The notes below the pieces were generated by a model. The model was given only the letters and a program-made list of their open reading frames with translations. It had not been told where the DNA came from and did not search any database. Positions 25,772 to 26,748 of a stretch of DNA of 26,748 nucleotides are shown piece by piece; position 1 is the stretch's first letter, and every line of letters begins with the position of its first letter. The DNA is from an uncultured Spirochaetota bacterium (GTDB lineage: Bacteria; Spirochaetota; Spirochaetia; SZUA-6; Fen-1364), in the NCBI GenBank assembly GCA_963845535.1, contig CAWJSK010000007.1, forward strand, positions 1 through 26,748. Reading direction: 5' to 3'. The position numbers and the translations under genes are program-made.

Positions 25772-26483
25772 AGGGGTGATGAGACGCTGGAGAGGAACGG
25801 CCTTCGGCCTTGCCCTGCTGCTCCATGGCGCGGTCCTTGCGCTCCTGCTCATGCTGCAGGGCCGACCGGCTCCTGTTCCACCCGACCGGCCGATCTCGTT
25901 TTTGGATCTCGATGCAGTCTCTCCGCCGGTTCAGAAGGGACGCCCCTCGCAGTCGGCGTCGTCCCTGCATCCTGTTCATCCGAAATCCGCATCCATCCCG
26001 TCGCCCCCGAAAACTGTACCGCCCCAGGAAGCGCCGGTCGCAGCCCTCCCGCCCCCCGACGCGGTCCCCACGCCTCCCGTGGCCGTCCCTGCGCCTCCCG
26101 TGGCCCCAGCGGACGTGCAGCAGGCCGAAGCATCACCGGGGGGAGCTGCCGCGGGGACGCCGTCTCCCCAATCCGGCGAGCCGGACTATGTGCCGCAGTA
26201 TGAGATCACGGACGTGCCCGTCATACCGGTCGCGCAGGTGCTCTCTCGCATCGAGTACCCGCCCCTTGCGGCCCGGCAGGGAATAGAGGCGACGGTGTAC
26301 GTGGAGCTTTACATTGACAGTCACGGTGCCATCCGAAAGGTCGTTGTGCTGAAGGACCCGGGCTACGGCTTTGCGGAAGCTGCGGTCAAGGCGCTTCAAG
26401 GGGTGATGACAACGCCCGCTCGCGCGAACGGCCGGCCCGTGGCCGTTCGTTTTCGGTATCCCATTCGTTTCAAGCTGAAGTGA
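25761..26483 (+). CDS. tonB: Energy transducer TonB
   Basis: TM anchor ALLLHGAVL, Pro/Ala-rich linker, TonB_C domain YPPLAARQGIEATVYVELYID..G...DPGYGFAEAAVKAL..PIRFKL. Confidence 0.9.
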   Translation: METRGVMRRWRGTAFGLALLLHGAVLALLLMLQGRPAPVPPDRPISFLDLDAVSPPVQKGRPSQSASSLHPVHPKSASIPSPPKTVPPQEAPVAALPPPDAVPTPPVAVPAPPVAPADVQQAEASPGGAAAGTPSPQSGEPDYVPQYEITDVPVIPVAQVLSRIEYPPLAARQGIEATVYVELYIDSHGAIRKVVVLKDPGYGFAEAAVKALQGVMTTPARANGRPVAVRFRYPIRFKLK

Positions 26484-26748
26484 GCCGGAAATCAAGCGTT
26501 GCGTGTCCCCCCTTGCTCGCGAGATTCCATCGACTTTGCAACATGCATGGAGCACGCCAGGCTTCACGGGCAATCGCGGAAAGGATCGATTCCAGTGGAG
26601 TGAGCGAAAAAAAGGAAAGCCAAGATAGAAGCCCAGGCGAGAGCTTCCTATTCAATCCTGATAAGGAATCGAAAGCTCCGAACGCGCATCAAAGAGCTCA
26701 TCACGCCAGATCGCCAGACCAGAGCAACAGGTCAATGGAGTCGCGAGC

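Noticed and set aside
24659..26483. Tol-Pal operon
   Set aside because: The third gene has a Pro-rich linker and TonB_C domain rather than a TolA helical region, no tolB/pal follows, and a TonB-dependent receptor is in the same cluster.
26470..26748. 61-aa minus-strand ORF (26470-26655) and plus-strand frames open to the window end
   Set aside because: No recognisable motif or convincing start, and the region is cut by the window edge, so no call can be supported.

Overview
GC-rich bacterial window. The TonB-receptor/lipoprotein style suggests an environmental Spirochaetia-like organism, but that is inference only. From left to right: (1) a head-to-tail tandem of two ~97.6% identical 1319-bp units, each a DUF222/HNH endonuclease gene carrying two copies of the 16-bp palindrome CGTTTCCGCGGAAACG, behind a leaderless-type promoter with a perfect palindromic operator; (2) a truncated ISKra4-like IS (DUF6788 ORF plus transposase N-terminus); (3) a three-gene proton-translocating transhydrogenase operon (pntAa-pntAb-pntB); (4) two SHOCT membrane proteins with an OmpR-family two-component system; (5) a DeoR/AgaR-regulated cluster agaS - gatZ/kbaZ-like - PfkB kinase - sugar ABC transporter; (6) a catalytically degenerate tyrosine-recombinase-like domain in frame with a HisKA_3 sensor kinase, then a NarL regulator, bracketed by two copies of a 38-bp promoter-like element; (7) DUF1254/DUF1214 protein, TonB-dependent receptor, lipoprotein, ExbB/TolQ, ExbD/TolR and TonB. 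At least six single-base frameshifts interrupt otherwise intact ORFs, probably long-read indel errors. No rRNA, tRNA or CRISPR array was seen. Family calls come from motif recognition, not database searches.
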